DNA of 64,000 bases from Octopus sinensis (GCF_006345805.1 NC_043003.1:96100001-96164000), one strand, 5' to 3'. Shown: positions 37,893 to 49,424, counted from the first letter of the stretch. Notes: generated by a model from the sequence alone, not told the origin. Numbers and translations: made by a program.

Positions 37893-37972
37893 TTCTACAC
37901 ATGTTTCAAAAGCCACAATTTTCCAAATTCTGATTAAATAAGGATACCATATTGTGGCTTTCTCTTCAGGAA
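37893..37972 (-). ncRNA. Type I hammerhead ribozyme
   Basis: UUC-CUGAAGA-GAAAGCCACAAU...AUUGUGGCUUUU-GAAAC-AUGUGU-A^GAA. 12-bp stem II. Confidence 0.8.
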
Positions 37973-38588
37973 AAAAATAGGAATTCCGTTGGCAGAACAA
38001 AACAGAACAGAGGCGCAGCAAAGCAATTTGAATGAGGAGGCTCTTTAAGAGCCCATGGCTGAACTGATTATCAATGTACGTTGAAATCGGGTGGTGGGTG
38101 CGTTGAAGATATTTACAGGTCAGGTGGCGGCCAAATCCAGTAGGTGAGAGCAAGGGGTGTGGAGATGTTCTGTGTGGCCAAAACTAAAATTCTGAATATT
38201 TTAAAGAATACTGGGTGTATTTATTGGGGGCGAGACAAAAACTACCTAGAAGCATGTATGTGTGTACTGGCCTATGTGTGCGCGGCCGTATGTTGGTAAA
38301 AGGCGCTACATAATGGTCACTGCTGAAAAATTCGTCAGGCGGCAGAAAATATTTTTTGTGTTCGTGTGTTCGTCTAGGCCTGCTTGTCAAAAAATTAATG
38401 TCGTCAAAGAATCCTAAGGGTATATAAAATTCCAGCGTTTGCTTCCAAAACAAACCACCATTCGCCTAATGGGAGTAATTTCCCCTTGCAAGGGTTATTC
38501 ATATATTTCTTAAAAAGCTTTTTCAAAAACTATTTCTAAGGATTAATTTCATTTTAGTAGGGTAACAAGGTGCTAATTGTCTTAGGTA

Positions 38589-39956
38589 TCATTTATAAGC
38601 AAGATAAGTACAACGCCGCCAATGGGGACATCGAAAAGCCGACTGTAAAAGTCCGTTTACCAACCGGTCTCTGGCGAACAATATGTGGAAAAGCTCAGAG
38701 ACACAAAGATTGCACTTCCTTCTGCCCCTATCAAATGGGAGGGCCACCGACAAAATCGACCATTCCAGCCTGAAACCTGAGTTCGCGTTCTTCAAACCCC
38801 ATATAAGCTTGCTAAGTCCCGTACTTGGTATTTATTCACGTCGCGAAAAGTTGCGAAATGGTTGGAAATTCGCAAGGCCAATTTTGACGATGAGGCCCCG
38901 ACATATGAGTAGACATCTGAGTCCGTGTAAACCTTACATTGGTAAATGGCATTTCTGATCTTGGAGTTACTCGACAAGAACCTTATTCTATTGGGATTAG
39001 CTTCTGAAATTAGAACTGCATTACTGTTACTATATTGATTGCGAGAACTGTGGCCGCTTACTACTTTATATTCCTCAAATTCACTATTAATTAACGGACT
39101 AACTCCTGAGCCTTCCCTATCACTGAGAGCGCTGTAATTGCTAGTATCTGTGGGCCTGCTATTGCCGGAAACGGTGCTGGAGTTGCTATTAGGACTCTCT
39201 ACATTAATGACCCGAGCTGCGCTCACCTCACTATTGCCATTACTAACGTTAATGACATCACCATTTCTTCTATCGCTACATCTAGTATTTAATCCCTGGT
39301 TGGTACTGAGATTATCAGTCACTGTACTGGCTCTCTTATCATTATTACTACTATTATTATTCCTACTGAGCGTTAAACTGGGAGCGGACGGAGCTGCGCC
39401 TCCGGACAAAGGTGGTAGGGTCTTAATAAGCAGCCTATTATTATGGGAGGCGATTATCTGGGAAAGGTTTTTTGTGTTGGAGAAAGCTATCCTAACTTTA
39501 TGCGAATTAACCGTGGAGTAATATTTGGAATTTCTGGGGAAGTTACTGGCGATGGCTTGTCGAAACAGGAGGGGAAGGTTAGTTCTAATCTGCTTACCAA
39601 AGGGAATTACAAACCATATATACTTATTCCTATTTATGTGATGGGTCGGGAAGCCAGCTCGAACATTGGGGTGGGTGATTATAGGATGAATAACGGGTTT
39701 TGGTTTAGTGTGAACTCCCCCGGACCGATAATTATCTTTGTTCCCTAAATTAAATCCGGAAGTACCTGCTCTAACACTCCCCGCGCTCCCGTCACTACTT
39801 AAATTAATGTTATTATAGACGGCCCTATCCTGATGACCGAATGGTGGCATCGGAAGGGCTGGATCAATATATACTACCTTCTGCCTATAACCGGCTTTGG
39901 ATAGTGCGGCGTTATAAAATTCCGCTTTCTGCATAAAAATGTCGGCACTAGCGGAC

Positions 39957-39958
<2 letters not shown>
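38589..39958 (-). pseudogene. PLE ORF: RT thumb end, expanded linker and GIY-YIG EN, single 1-nt frameshift near 38825
   Basis: SADIFMQKAEFYNAALSKAGY...RNKYIWFVIPFGKQIRTN...VRIAFSNTKNLSQIIASHN...NAIYQCKV...YVGA...RISNH / STGLSKLIWGLK...W...CNLCVSE...LVN...CPH. Confidence 0.85.
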
Positions 39959-39987
<29 letters not shown>

Positions 39988-39998
39988 CATATATATAT

Positions 39999-40210
39999 TA
40001 CGGAGATGTACTCGCATAGCAAGTAATTTGATCTGAGATCGTGTGCTGAAACGAAAACAATTGCAGCGTGGAAGGTGTTTATAAGCCATTTAAGAAACAC
40101 ACAAAAGCCGTTCGATTCACTCCAACATTTAAGTTTAATTTGTCAAAATATTTTCGTCGCTAAAATCCGTGACCTGTTCACTGACAAAGTCCGTGCTGCA
40201 AAGTCCGTAC
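39999..40210 (-). mobile_element. (TA)n-flanked solo pLTR-like unit with a variant HHR-like fold
   Basis: ~210 bp between TA arrays. HHR architecture at 40139-40198. Confidence 0.55.
40139..40198 (-). ncRNA. HHR-like motif with non-canonical core (GUGAACA)
   Basis: UUUGUCA-GUGAACA-G-GUC...GAC-GAAA-AUAUU-U-UGACAAA. 7-bp stem I and palindromic stem III. Confidence 0.4.
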
Positions 40211-40242
40211 ATATATATATATATACATATATATATACACAC

Positions 40243-40530
40243 GGCGCAATGGCCCAGTGGTTGGGGCAGCGGACTCGCGGTCATAGGATCGCGGTTTCGA
40301 TTCCCAGGCCGGGTGTTGTGAGTGCTTATTGAGCGAAAACACCTAAAAGCTCCACGAGGCTCCGGCAGGGGGTGGTGATCCCTGCTGTATTCATTCACCA
40401 CTCTTTCTTCTGTTGGCCTGCTCACTTAGCCAGCAGGGTGGCGTCATTTGAAGGCTAAAACAATGTGAACGCATTGTGACCAGCGATGTGTAAGAACATC
40501 TAATGGTCTGGTCGGTCACATGATCACGTG

Positions 40531-40531
<1 letters not shown>
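40243..40531 (+). mobile_element. SINE family B
   Basis: Homologous to 2236-2535, with (TA)n on both sides. Confidence 0.85.
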
Positions 40532-40593
<62 letters not shown>

Positions 40594-40768
40594 TTATATA
40601 TTTGTTGTGCAAGATTTTTTATGTTAAGTTGTGTGTTGAAACAGATATCGTTATATTTCGGAATGGTCATTTTGCCAGTTTAGCCAATAAAAACACACAC
40701 ACTATATATTTGGTGTTATTTTGCTTCAGTGTTATTTATTTTTTACATTAATCTTAATCTTATTTCGG

Positions 40769-40808
40769 CCAGAGTTCTTTCGTCACACTCCTGTGACCGC
40801 ATCAGTGG
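40769..40808 (-). ncRNA. Type I HHR-like motif (A9C variant)
   Basis: CCA-CUGAUGC-G-GUCAC(AGGAGU)GUGAC-GAAA-GAAC-UC^UGG. Confidence 0.55.
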
Positions 40809-41255
40809 TCCTTTGTTTTCTTCTTTCTTATTTGTGTCTCTCCTTACTAACCGTCAGCCATTTTGTATTTCTATTGTATGTCTTCATTTGCGCATGCGTA
40901 TATCTCTATGTGCGTCTATGTTTTGTTAGTGTGCGTGTGTGGGGGGATGCCTGTAATATTTGTCTCTTCTGTTCATATATGTTTGTGTAATTTGTTTTTG
41001 TTGTTGTTGTTTTTGTTTTTTCTTATTTTGTTCATGTGTTTACATCCACTTATTATTATTATCATTATGTATGCTTGTATGTATGTATGTATAACAACAA
41101 TACTAGTAATAATAATAATAAATTTTAAAAAATCTTTTAAATTAAAAAAAACTTATATAGTTATTTATTTCTATTTGTTTATTTATCTGTGTATTTTATT
41201 TATTATGTTTTCGGTTTTGTTTATATTGTAACCAGTTTATGGGGATCCTCTACCG

Positions 41256-42275
41256 TTATATGTTGTGGTGTGTGCTAGTGTTCCATTTCAGTTTCCTATT
41301 CAGGCTAGGTTTATCTTCTATTGTGTGTGTAGCTTCTGTAATTTGTCTGATTGTTGCATCTGTTCTATGTGTGGACAAGATTTTAACTTCTATGTTGTTG
41401 ATTGATCCCCCATGTTCCTGTTTGGCGTGTTGGTACAGAATTGATGAGCTTTTACTTTCCTTAAGTTCTCTCCAATGTTCATTTATCCGCTCTAATATGC
41501 TTCGTGCAGTTTCCCCTACGTATGTTGTTGTCTTGTTACTGCATCATCCCTCTATACATCGTATTCTATAGACTACATTTCTGGCTTTACAGTTTGTTTG
41601 TGGGTTAAATCTACACACAGTACAGTACCTATCCGTACAGGGGGTTCTACTAAAAGGGTAGGTTCTACCGATTATGGATTTGATAGGGTTGCCTGGCTTT
41701 TCAACCTTAATCCTTAGCTTAACTTTGTCTAGGGTCCTTCTAAAACAGTACGCCAGTTTGCCTCCAGGAGTGGTGTCAACGAACATGACACTCTGGTATT
41801 TATGGCTATCATACCAAGAGTTGGCCTTCCCTATTTTCTTCTTTGTCCTTTCTATAGTGTTCCATGACTTGCTCCTTTAGAGTGGGCAAATCCTATTCCT
41901 ATCGTTACATAATATATTATCAAATTTCTTCATGGCTCCTTTGTATACTCTGATCCTTTCTTTATGGCTCTAACCTGAGAACTGCATGCGGTGAATGAAA
42001 TGTTGTATGTGTCTCTTTAACTCTGTAGGCTCGCACCTGCGTGACATATTTCTCATTATTCTGATGAGGTCTGCCATCAAAATATTGAATTTGGCATTGT
42101 CCGCAATGGCTGAGTTCCAGTGGATCAAGTATTTTGAGGCCATAGGTTTGGCATAGTACGAATGAAGGATTTGGGTTTTATTATTCACAGTTTCTAGCCA
42201 GAGTTCTGTGTCTAGTACTGGTAGTCTATGGTTGGGGTGTTTAGTGGGGTAGTCTATTGTGACCTTAATACTCTG
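41256..42275 (-). pseudogene. PLE RT C-terminus and GIY-YIG endonuclease, disrupted
   Basis: RLPVLDTELW...YYAKPMASKYLIHWNSA...RMQFSG...FVDTTPGGKLA...CTDRYCTVC...CKARNVVYRIRCIEG*C...YVGETARS..ERINEH...LYQHAKQEH...RQITEA...LNRK. Confidence 0.85.
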
Positions 42276-42519
42276 TTGTTGGTTACGATGACGTGTGTTC
42301 CAGTCATAATAATTAGATCATTATAAATCATTAGGTGTTCACAAAATCACGAATCTACTTTGAGTCTCTTGTTTAAAAGTGGTTTTCAAACTTCTTTTAT
42401 TGGTATCCGAGTTCATTTAACACAGTCATCATTTCTGTCTGTATATCTGAAGGGACGTTAGGTGGGTTACAAAACTACACACACACCTAATAATTTTTCC
42501 TCTTAAATAATTAGATGTG

Positions 42520-42830
42520 AAGGCATATGGCTGAGTGGTTAGGCTATTCAGCTCATGATGATAAGGTTGTGAGTTTAATTCCTGGTGGAATGTTGTGTCC
42601 TTGAGCAAGCCACTTTATATCATATTACTCGTGTTACTCAGTCCACTCAGCTGGCAAAAATGAGTTGTACCTGTAATTCAAAGGGCCAGCCTTGTCACAT
42701 TCTGTGCTATGCTCAATCTCCCTGAGAACTACGTTAAGGGTACACATGTCAGCCACTTGCATGTTAATTTCATGAGCAGGCTGTTCCGTTGATTGGATTG
42801 ACTGGAACACACGTCATTGTAACCAACAAA
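42520..42830 (+). mobile_element. SINE family A
   Basis: Homologous to 584-905. Confidence 0.85.
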
Positions 42831-42833
42831 TTG

Positions 42834-43027
42834 CCAGTCATGATAATTAGATCATTATAAATCATTAGGTGTTCACAAAATCACGAATCTACTTGGAGTC
42901 TCTTGTTTAAAAGTGGTTTTCAAACTGTTCTTTTATTGGTATCCGAATTCATTTAATACAGTCATCATTTCTGTCTGTATATCTGAAGGGACGTTAGGTG
43001 AATTACAAAACTACAAACACACACACC
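42834..43027 (+). repeat. ~190-bp direct duplication of 42300-42487
   Basis: CCAGTCAT.ATAATTAGATCATTATAAATC...CTACA.ACACACAC occurs on both sides of the SINE. Confidence 0.85.
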
Positions 43028-43301
43028 TTCATGTGTACATATTCATACACACATACATAGACATATATATAAAAAAGAATGAAGTAGGCAAAAATAAATA
43101 AATAAACTTATAGGGTGTGTTTTCTTGTGTCACTTTGAGGTCACTTTGATGTCAAATGATGTCATAAATTTCTTGTTACATAGAAACACACATCTCCACA
43201 CCCCCTGTCCCATATATATGTATATACACACATACACATGCTCACACTCACTATTTACACACACACACACACACACATTATATATATATATATACATATC
43301 A

Positions 43302-44345
43302 TCATCACCATCGTTTAACGTCCATTTTCCATGCTGGCATGGGTTGGACAGTTTGCCTGAGGACTGGCAAGCCAAGAGGCTGCACCAAGCTCCGTTCCTA
43401 CAGCTGGATGCCCTTCCTAAGGCCAACCACTCTGAGAGTGTAGTGGATGCTTTTTATGTGCCACTGGCACAGGAGCCAGTCAGGTGACACTGGCATTGGC
43501 CACGTTCAGATGGTGCCTTTTATGTACTACTAGCACAGGAACAAGTTGGGGCGGTGGGGCCTGCATTGACCACATTCAGATGGTGCATTTTATGTGCCAC
43601 TGGCACAGGGAGCCTGTCAGGAAGCACTGGCAATGGCCCATGCATGAATGGTGCTTATTGCTACTAGCACAGGAGGCAGTCAAGTGGCACTGGAATCGGC
43701 CACAACTACAATTTCGATTTTATTTTCTATTTGATTAAAATTCTGATTGTGATTTTGATTTTGATTTTTGATTTTACTTGACTCAATAGGTCTTTTCAAG
43801 CAAAGCGTGTTGCCCGACGATTCAACGGTACTTTTTAAATGGGCTGCTTATGCTATACTCTATAGGCTACAGCTGTGATCTCACTTTACTTGTTAGGTGT
43901 TCTCATTCACAGCATAACTCCAGAGGTCTCAGTCTCTTGTCATTGTCTCTGTGAGGCCTAACGTTCAAAGGTCATGCTTTTCCACCTCATCTCATGTCTT
44001 CTTGGGTCTCCCTCTTCCACAGGTTCCTTCCACTGTTAGGGAGTGACACTTCTTCACACAGCTCTCCTCATCCATACACAACTCATGACCATACCAGTAC
44101 AGTCATCTTTCTTGCACCCCACATCTGATGCTTATGTCCAACATTTCTCTCAGGGCGCTTACACTCTGTTGTGTGTGCACACTGACATTACACATCCAGC
44201 GGATCATGTTAGCTTCATTTTTTCAAGGCTACGTATGTCCTCAACAGTCATGGCCCACTCCTCATGTTTCACACCTGTGTACCATGGCAGTATGCACACA
44301 TGCATCATACAGTCTACCTTTCACTCTGAGCAAGAGGCTCTTTGT
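43302..44345 (-). mobile_element. 5'-truncated RTE LINE (same family as 8895-10190)
   Basis: Nucleotide homology to 8930-9730, with (CAT)n tail. Confidence 0.8.
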
Positions 44346-45237
44346 CTCCAGCATGTTTCCGTTGAAGCATCTCTACAATCTCACTAGACCTACCTTTCAA
44401 TGTGCCTACACTGACAGTTCCAACTCTAAAAACTGGGAAAGGAATGTGGGAGGAGGCATGAGAAGGGGAGATGTTATTCAGCACCTGAAAAGGTTTCTGT
44501 GTTCATTTGATAGACATGTTACACCTGTTCTCACTTTTGACCAGTCATCATTCAAGCATTCAAGCCTGTTAAGATTGTTGCCTCTACCAGGGGTAGGAGT
44601 GTTAGTGGCATTGTAAGTATAAGTGTCATAAATTTAAGCATTACTGATGCTGCAGATATAAGTATAAATAAATAAAAGTAAATATGAATATCAATATGCC
44701 AATGTTAGATTAAGTAGGTGGGCTGTTAAACTAGTTGCTTTTGTCCTGGGAGAGAGAGAGGAAGATGACGGAGGCAAAATTACAGGTATGATAGAGGATA
44801 CCACCAGTGAGGGAGGGGGTTTCTGGTGAGAGAAGAGAGATATCCAGTATTGGTGGTGAGGGCGGGAATGGATGGACACACCATGAACAAGCAAGGGTTA
44901 TTTAAGAGATAGTATGGAAAAATATGTAGCCAACATGGAAGCATTGGAGGAAAGGAGAACTAAAGGTATTAGAGAGATTTCATTTGGAAATATACATGAA
45001 GAATTAAGGAGAAAACTAAAGCTTAGAGACAGAGATTAGGAAGTTATATATTGAAGAGTCAATTTAAGTAATTAGCTTACGAGAGTACATATTAGTAAAT
45101 AATGTATATTAATAATGAAAGAATGAATGAAAAGATAGAAAAAATGAGAGAATATCTTAGCTTAGTAGTGCATTACTGGGTGCCATTAGATACCAACACT
45201 GGAATGAGTTGCATGAAAATCTGATATGTATATGGTA

Positions 45238-45605
45238 TCATCATCATCATCATCGTTTAGCATCTGCTTTCCATGCTAGCATGGATTGGACGGTTCAACT
45301 GGGATCTGGGAAGCCAGAAGGCTGCACCAGGCCCAGTCCGATCTGGCAATGTTTCTACGGCTGGATGCCCTTCCTAACGCCAACCACTCCGTGAGTGTAG
45401 TGGGTGCTTTTTACATGCCACCGGCACAGGTGCCAGACGAGGCTGGCAAACGGCCACGATTGGATGGTGCTTTTTACGTGCCACCGGCACAAGGCCAGTT
45501 GGGGCGCCACTGGCAATGGCCATGTTCGGATGGTTTTCTTATGTACCACCGGCACTGGTATCACAGCTGCAATTTCCATTGATGTTGATCGATTTTGATT
45601 TTGAT
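45238..45605 (-). mobile_element. RTE 3' UTR / SINE D copy
   Basis: Homology to 8910-9240. Confidence 0.8.
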
Positions 45606-45740
45606 TTGGTTATGGTATATTCTGTTAAGAATGTAATACAGTATAAAGCTTGTCCGCCTTCAGATTTATCCTGTGCTATCCAGTAGTAGTATTATACGTA
45701 CTTCCAGGTTTGCATTTGGGCTTCTGTTGTGTGTGAATAG

Positions 45741-46044
45741 ATAACTGAAAAAATTGGAGTGAACAAGAAGGAGTATAGTTGGACATTTATTTTTGAATCA
45801 CTACAATTGTTTCCACATAACGTAGTTCTCTAGGCATGCAGGTACTTGATTATGCAACTGCTTCCCTGCACTATGAGATCTAGCTAAAATCAGGTGAGAA
45901 AGCACTACTAGATTTCATGATGCATGGAGGCATTATCAAGTACCTGTATGTCTGGGAGACTACATTGCGTGGAAACAATTGTAATGATTAAAAAATAAAT
46001 GCCCAACCATACTCCTTCTTCTTGACTCCAATTTTTTCAATTAT
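45741..46044. mobile_element. Foldback MITE with ~115-bp imperfect arms
   Basis: 45741-45855 is approximately the reverse complement of 45930-46044. Confidence 0.7.
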
Positions 46045-46057
46045 ATATTTATAAATA

Positions 46058-46900
46058 CAAGGTGTGATGAATAAATTGTCATTTAAATTATGCAAAAATG
46101 AAAATAACACTGACAACTCATTTTAACAGATATATTGAACAAAATTACATTAAAATATCTCGAAATACCAAAGAGTAAATTTATTCAATAAGATCGCCAT
46201 TGGCTTCAACCATAGCTTCCAGATGACTTTGGAATCTCCTGCAACTCTTCTGGATAGTCTACATGTTTGAGTTGGTGAATACTGACATAATCCTTGCCTT
46301 TAGTTCATCTTTGATTTTACAAGCAGTTTTGTTGGTCTTTGGCTCAACTACTCATAATAATCAAGGGAGTTAGGTGGCCAGATGTTAGGGGTGGTTTGGT
46401 CACAGAAATTGTCTGACAGCCATGACTGGGTTCTCCTGTTTGTGTAGCATGGTGCAGAGCCCTTTTGGCAGACATAGGGTCTTCCAGCAGCCACCCTCTT
46501 GGCCAGGGCAGCACTACTTCCTCTAGGCTCTTGATGTATGCCTCCGTGTTGAGTCTGAGGCTGTGTGGGAAGATGAATGGAGGCATAACGTCAGTCACTA
46601 GTGATCACTCCAGACACCATGCTGTTGATTGGATGTTTGATTTTTATCACTCTTGGTACATGTCCTCAGATTAACACCTAAACACTCTGAAATCTTTATA
46701 TTGGAGCTTCTGGTGTGAATGCCAAGCAGCACAGCATCTCATTTCCAAATTTCTGGCAGAGTGAATTGTATCATGGTGCTGTTTTTCTCACAGAGAGTGC
46801 CCAACTGACCCTACTATAGTGTATAGTTGACAAAATCAAAAACAATGTACATGCGTGAAATTAAAAAATAAAATGGCGACAATTTACCCATCACACTTTG
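46058..46900 (-). mobile_element. Internally deleted IS630-Tc1-mariner element, maT/DD37D-like
   Basis: TIRs CAAGGTGTGATGAATAAATTGTC / GACAATTTACCCATCACACTTTG. DVMPPFIFPHSLRLNTEAYIKSLEEVVLPW...WPPNSLD...IQKSCRRFQSHLEAMVEANGDLIE. Confidence 0.8.
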
Positions 46901-46902
46901 TC

Positions 46903-46950
<48 letters not shown>

Positions 46951-46982
46951 CGTACAATCACACACACACACACACACAGATA

Positions 46983-47018
<36 letters not shown>

Positions 47019-47021
<3 letters not shown>

Positions 47022-47558
47022 GGTGGGTGAAAAGTAAGTAGGCATTAAAAATTGGTAATAAAATCCATATTCCTTTTACAATTTTATTGAAACAAATACA
47101 TGTTCTTTATTACATGGGAGAATGAAAGTGTATCGTCATATTTCAATATAAGCGCTGGTGGCATCAACCAGTTTCCTCAAACAACCAGGATGTCATCTGG
47201 GATATCATTGAGAACCTCCTGAATTCGTATCTCCAAGTTCTCCAGTGAACATGGTTTTGTTCTGTACACCTCTTCTTTTGTGTAACGCTAAAGGTGAAAA
47301 TCACATGGAGTGAGATCTGGACTTCTGCAGTCACAGTCTTCTCTGAACCGAAACAATGGAATTCCATGCTTCATAGCGTGCTGCTATCTCAGCTCACTCC
47401 TGAACAGTCATGTAAACCAGCCATCTGGAAAATAAGAAATACAACAATAAGAATTCCTCATTAGTATTGTCTGTTAAAAAAAATGTTTTCGTCATGACTT
47501 CAGTGATATTAAAAATTCTATAAGCAATTTCTAATGCCTAGTTACTTTCCACCCACCC

Positions 47559-47560
<2 letters not shown>
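47019..47560 (-). mobile_element. Internally deleted Tc1/mariner-superfamily element
   Basis: TIRs CAGGGTGGGTGAAAAGTAAGTAGGCATTA / TAATGCCTAGTTACTTTCCACCCACCCT. Remnant PDLTPCDFHL*RYTKEEVYRTKPCSLENLEIRIQEV. Confidence 0.8.
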
Positions 47561-47601
<41 letters not shown>

Positions 47602-47609
<8 letters not shown>

Positions 47610-47808
47610 ACCGCGTGTGTACCGTTGGCGATTTTTTTTCCTCTGTCTTCCCTTCTCTGGATCTTTCCTTCTCCTATGTTTCTGACGAAGAGCTCTGCTC
47701 GAAACGTTAATCCCTCCTTCTTTCCTTCTTTCCTGAGCGTCCAATAATACTATATTTGTTCCACGTCCTCGCGTTGTTGTGTTTTTTTGTGCTTTCATGT
47801 CTGGATTA

Positions 47809-47812
<4 letters not shown>
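47602..47812 (+). mobile_element. ~210-bp HHR-bearing unit (family H1), (TA)n on both sides
   Basis: Near-identical to 12591-12802. Confidence 0.8.
47678..47712 (+). ncRNA. Minimal type I HHR motif (canonical CUGACGA)
   Basis: GUUU-CUGACGA-A-GAGC(UCU)GCUC-GAAA-CGU-U-AAUC. Confidence 0.6.
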
Positions 47813-47848
<36 letters not shown>

Positions 47849-48129
47849 CATACACACATATATATATGTATATATACACATACATTCACACACAGGGGAT
47901 GGTTATTTTCCAGTTCCTTCCATTGATTCCACACACAAAACCTTCGTTGACCCAGAGTTATGGTAGAAGACACTTGTCCAAGGTGCCATGCAATTGGGAC
48001 TGACCTCAAGGCTACATTGGTTGGGAAACAAGTTTCTTAACCAGACAGCCACACCTACACACACACACACATATATAATAATGTATTTGTGTATGTGTGT
48101 ACATATGTGTATATATATATGTATATGGA

Positions 48130-48185
<56 letters not shown>

Positions 48186-48899
48186 ATGTATTTATGTATG
48201 TATAAAAAAAATTGTGTTTTCATATTTTCTCTGTTAGATATTATGATTTTTTTTTTTTCTATTTCATTTTAGCTTTAAAAATAATTGAAGTTTTTTCACT
48301 TCACTAACACTGTTAATATCCTTCAGAAATGCTTTAGTGTGTTAAAATGCTATTCCCCTAATTCTATCAATTTGAGACCTTATGAAAAAAATCAATATAT
48401 TGTATTTAAAAAAGCAAACGGAAAGTAAACCCAATTTTACTTTTAATTTTTTTTCGATTTACAAATAATCTGGCTTGGATGGAAATAAAGATATTTAAAT
48501 ATTCTAACTACAGTTTCTAATTAGTATTTGTTTCACTCATATATGAATGGAATTGGTTTTTTCTGAGGTGCAATCAATATCATTAATAATTGTAGAGATT
48601 TAACTGGTGCTAGATTTTTAAGTTCGATATATAGAGTAAATGTGTACAAGTAATATGATTATGTATAGACGTTATTAAAACAACACTTATGTTGTGTTTT
48701 GTGTGTGTGTGTGTGTGTGTGTGTGTCTATATATTTTTACATAACAAGTAGGTGACCTATATGGAGAAAGATTATTTTTGTGGATAAAAGTAGTTGCTAT
48801 CAGGATACTGTTTCTATAGAGAAAAACAATATAAACTAAAACAGTACAACCAGTAAAAGGTGTATCGTAACATAAATTGTTATAGTCATCTTGACCAAA

Positions 48900-48930
48900 T
48901 GTGTACGTGTGTGTGTGTATGTGTGTGTAC

Positions 48931-49018
<88 letters not shown>

Positions 49019-49155
49019 TATATATCTATATATATATATATATATACACGTATATATATATATATATATATGTGTATGTATATAAAATATATATATATCT
49101 ATATATATATATATATGTATGTATGTATATATAATATATATAATATATATATATA

Positions 49156-49204
<49 letters not shown>

Positions 49205-49218
49205 ATATATATATATAT

Positions 49219-49251
<33 letters not shown>

Positions 49252-49276
49252 ATATATATATATAATATATATTATA

Positions 49277-49317
<41 letters not shown>

Positions 49318-49324
49318 ATATATA

Positions 49325-49368
<44 letters not shown>

Positions 49369-49377
49369 GTATATATG

Positions 49378-49424
<47 letters not shown>

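Larger units (their letters stand above)
37831..39960 (-). mobile_element. Penelope-like element 2 (RT-less; thumb end, linker, GIY-YIG EN, 3' pLTR with HHR)
   Basis: Bounded by (TA)n. Its 3' end is homologous to 2763-2992. Confidence 0.85.
40591..42280 (-). mobile_element. 5'-truncated Penelope-like element 3 (RT C-terminus, Cys linker, GIY-YIG EN, 3' pLTR)
   Basis: Protein motifs as in 41256-42275, plus an HHR-like motif at 40769-40808 and (TA)n at the 3' end. Confidence 0.85.

Noticed and set aside
41544-41546. In-frame TGA inside the PLE3 endonuclease (CIEG*C), recalling selenocysteine-containing PLEs
   Set aside because: The TGA is beside, not at, a Cys position and is easily explained as CGA>TGA decay. 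The same element has other stops and frameshifts, and no SECIS was recognised.
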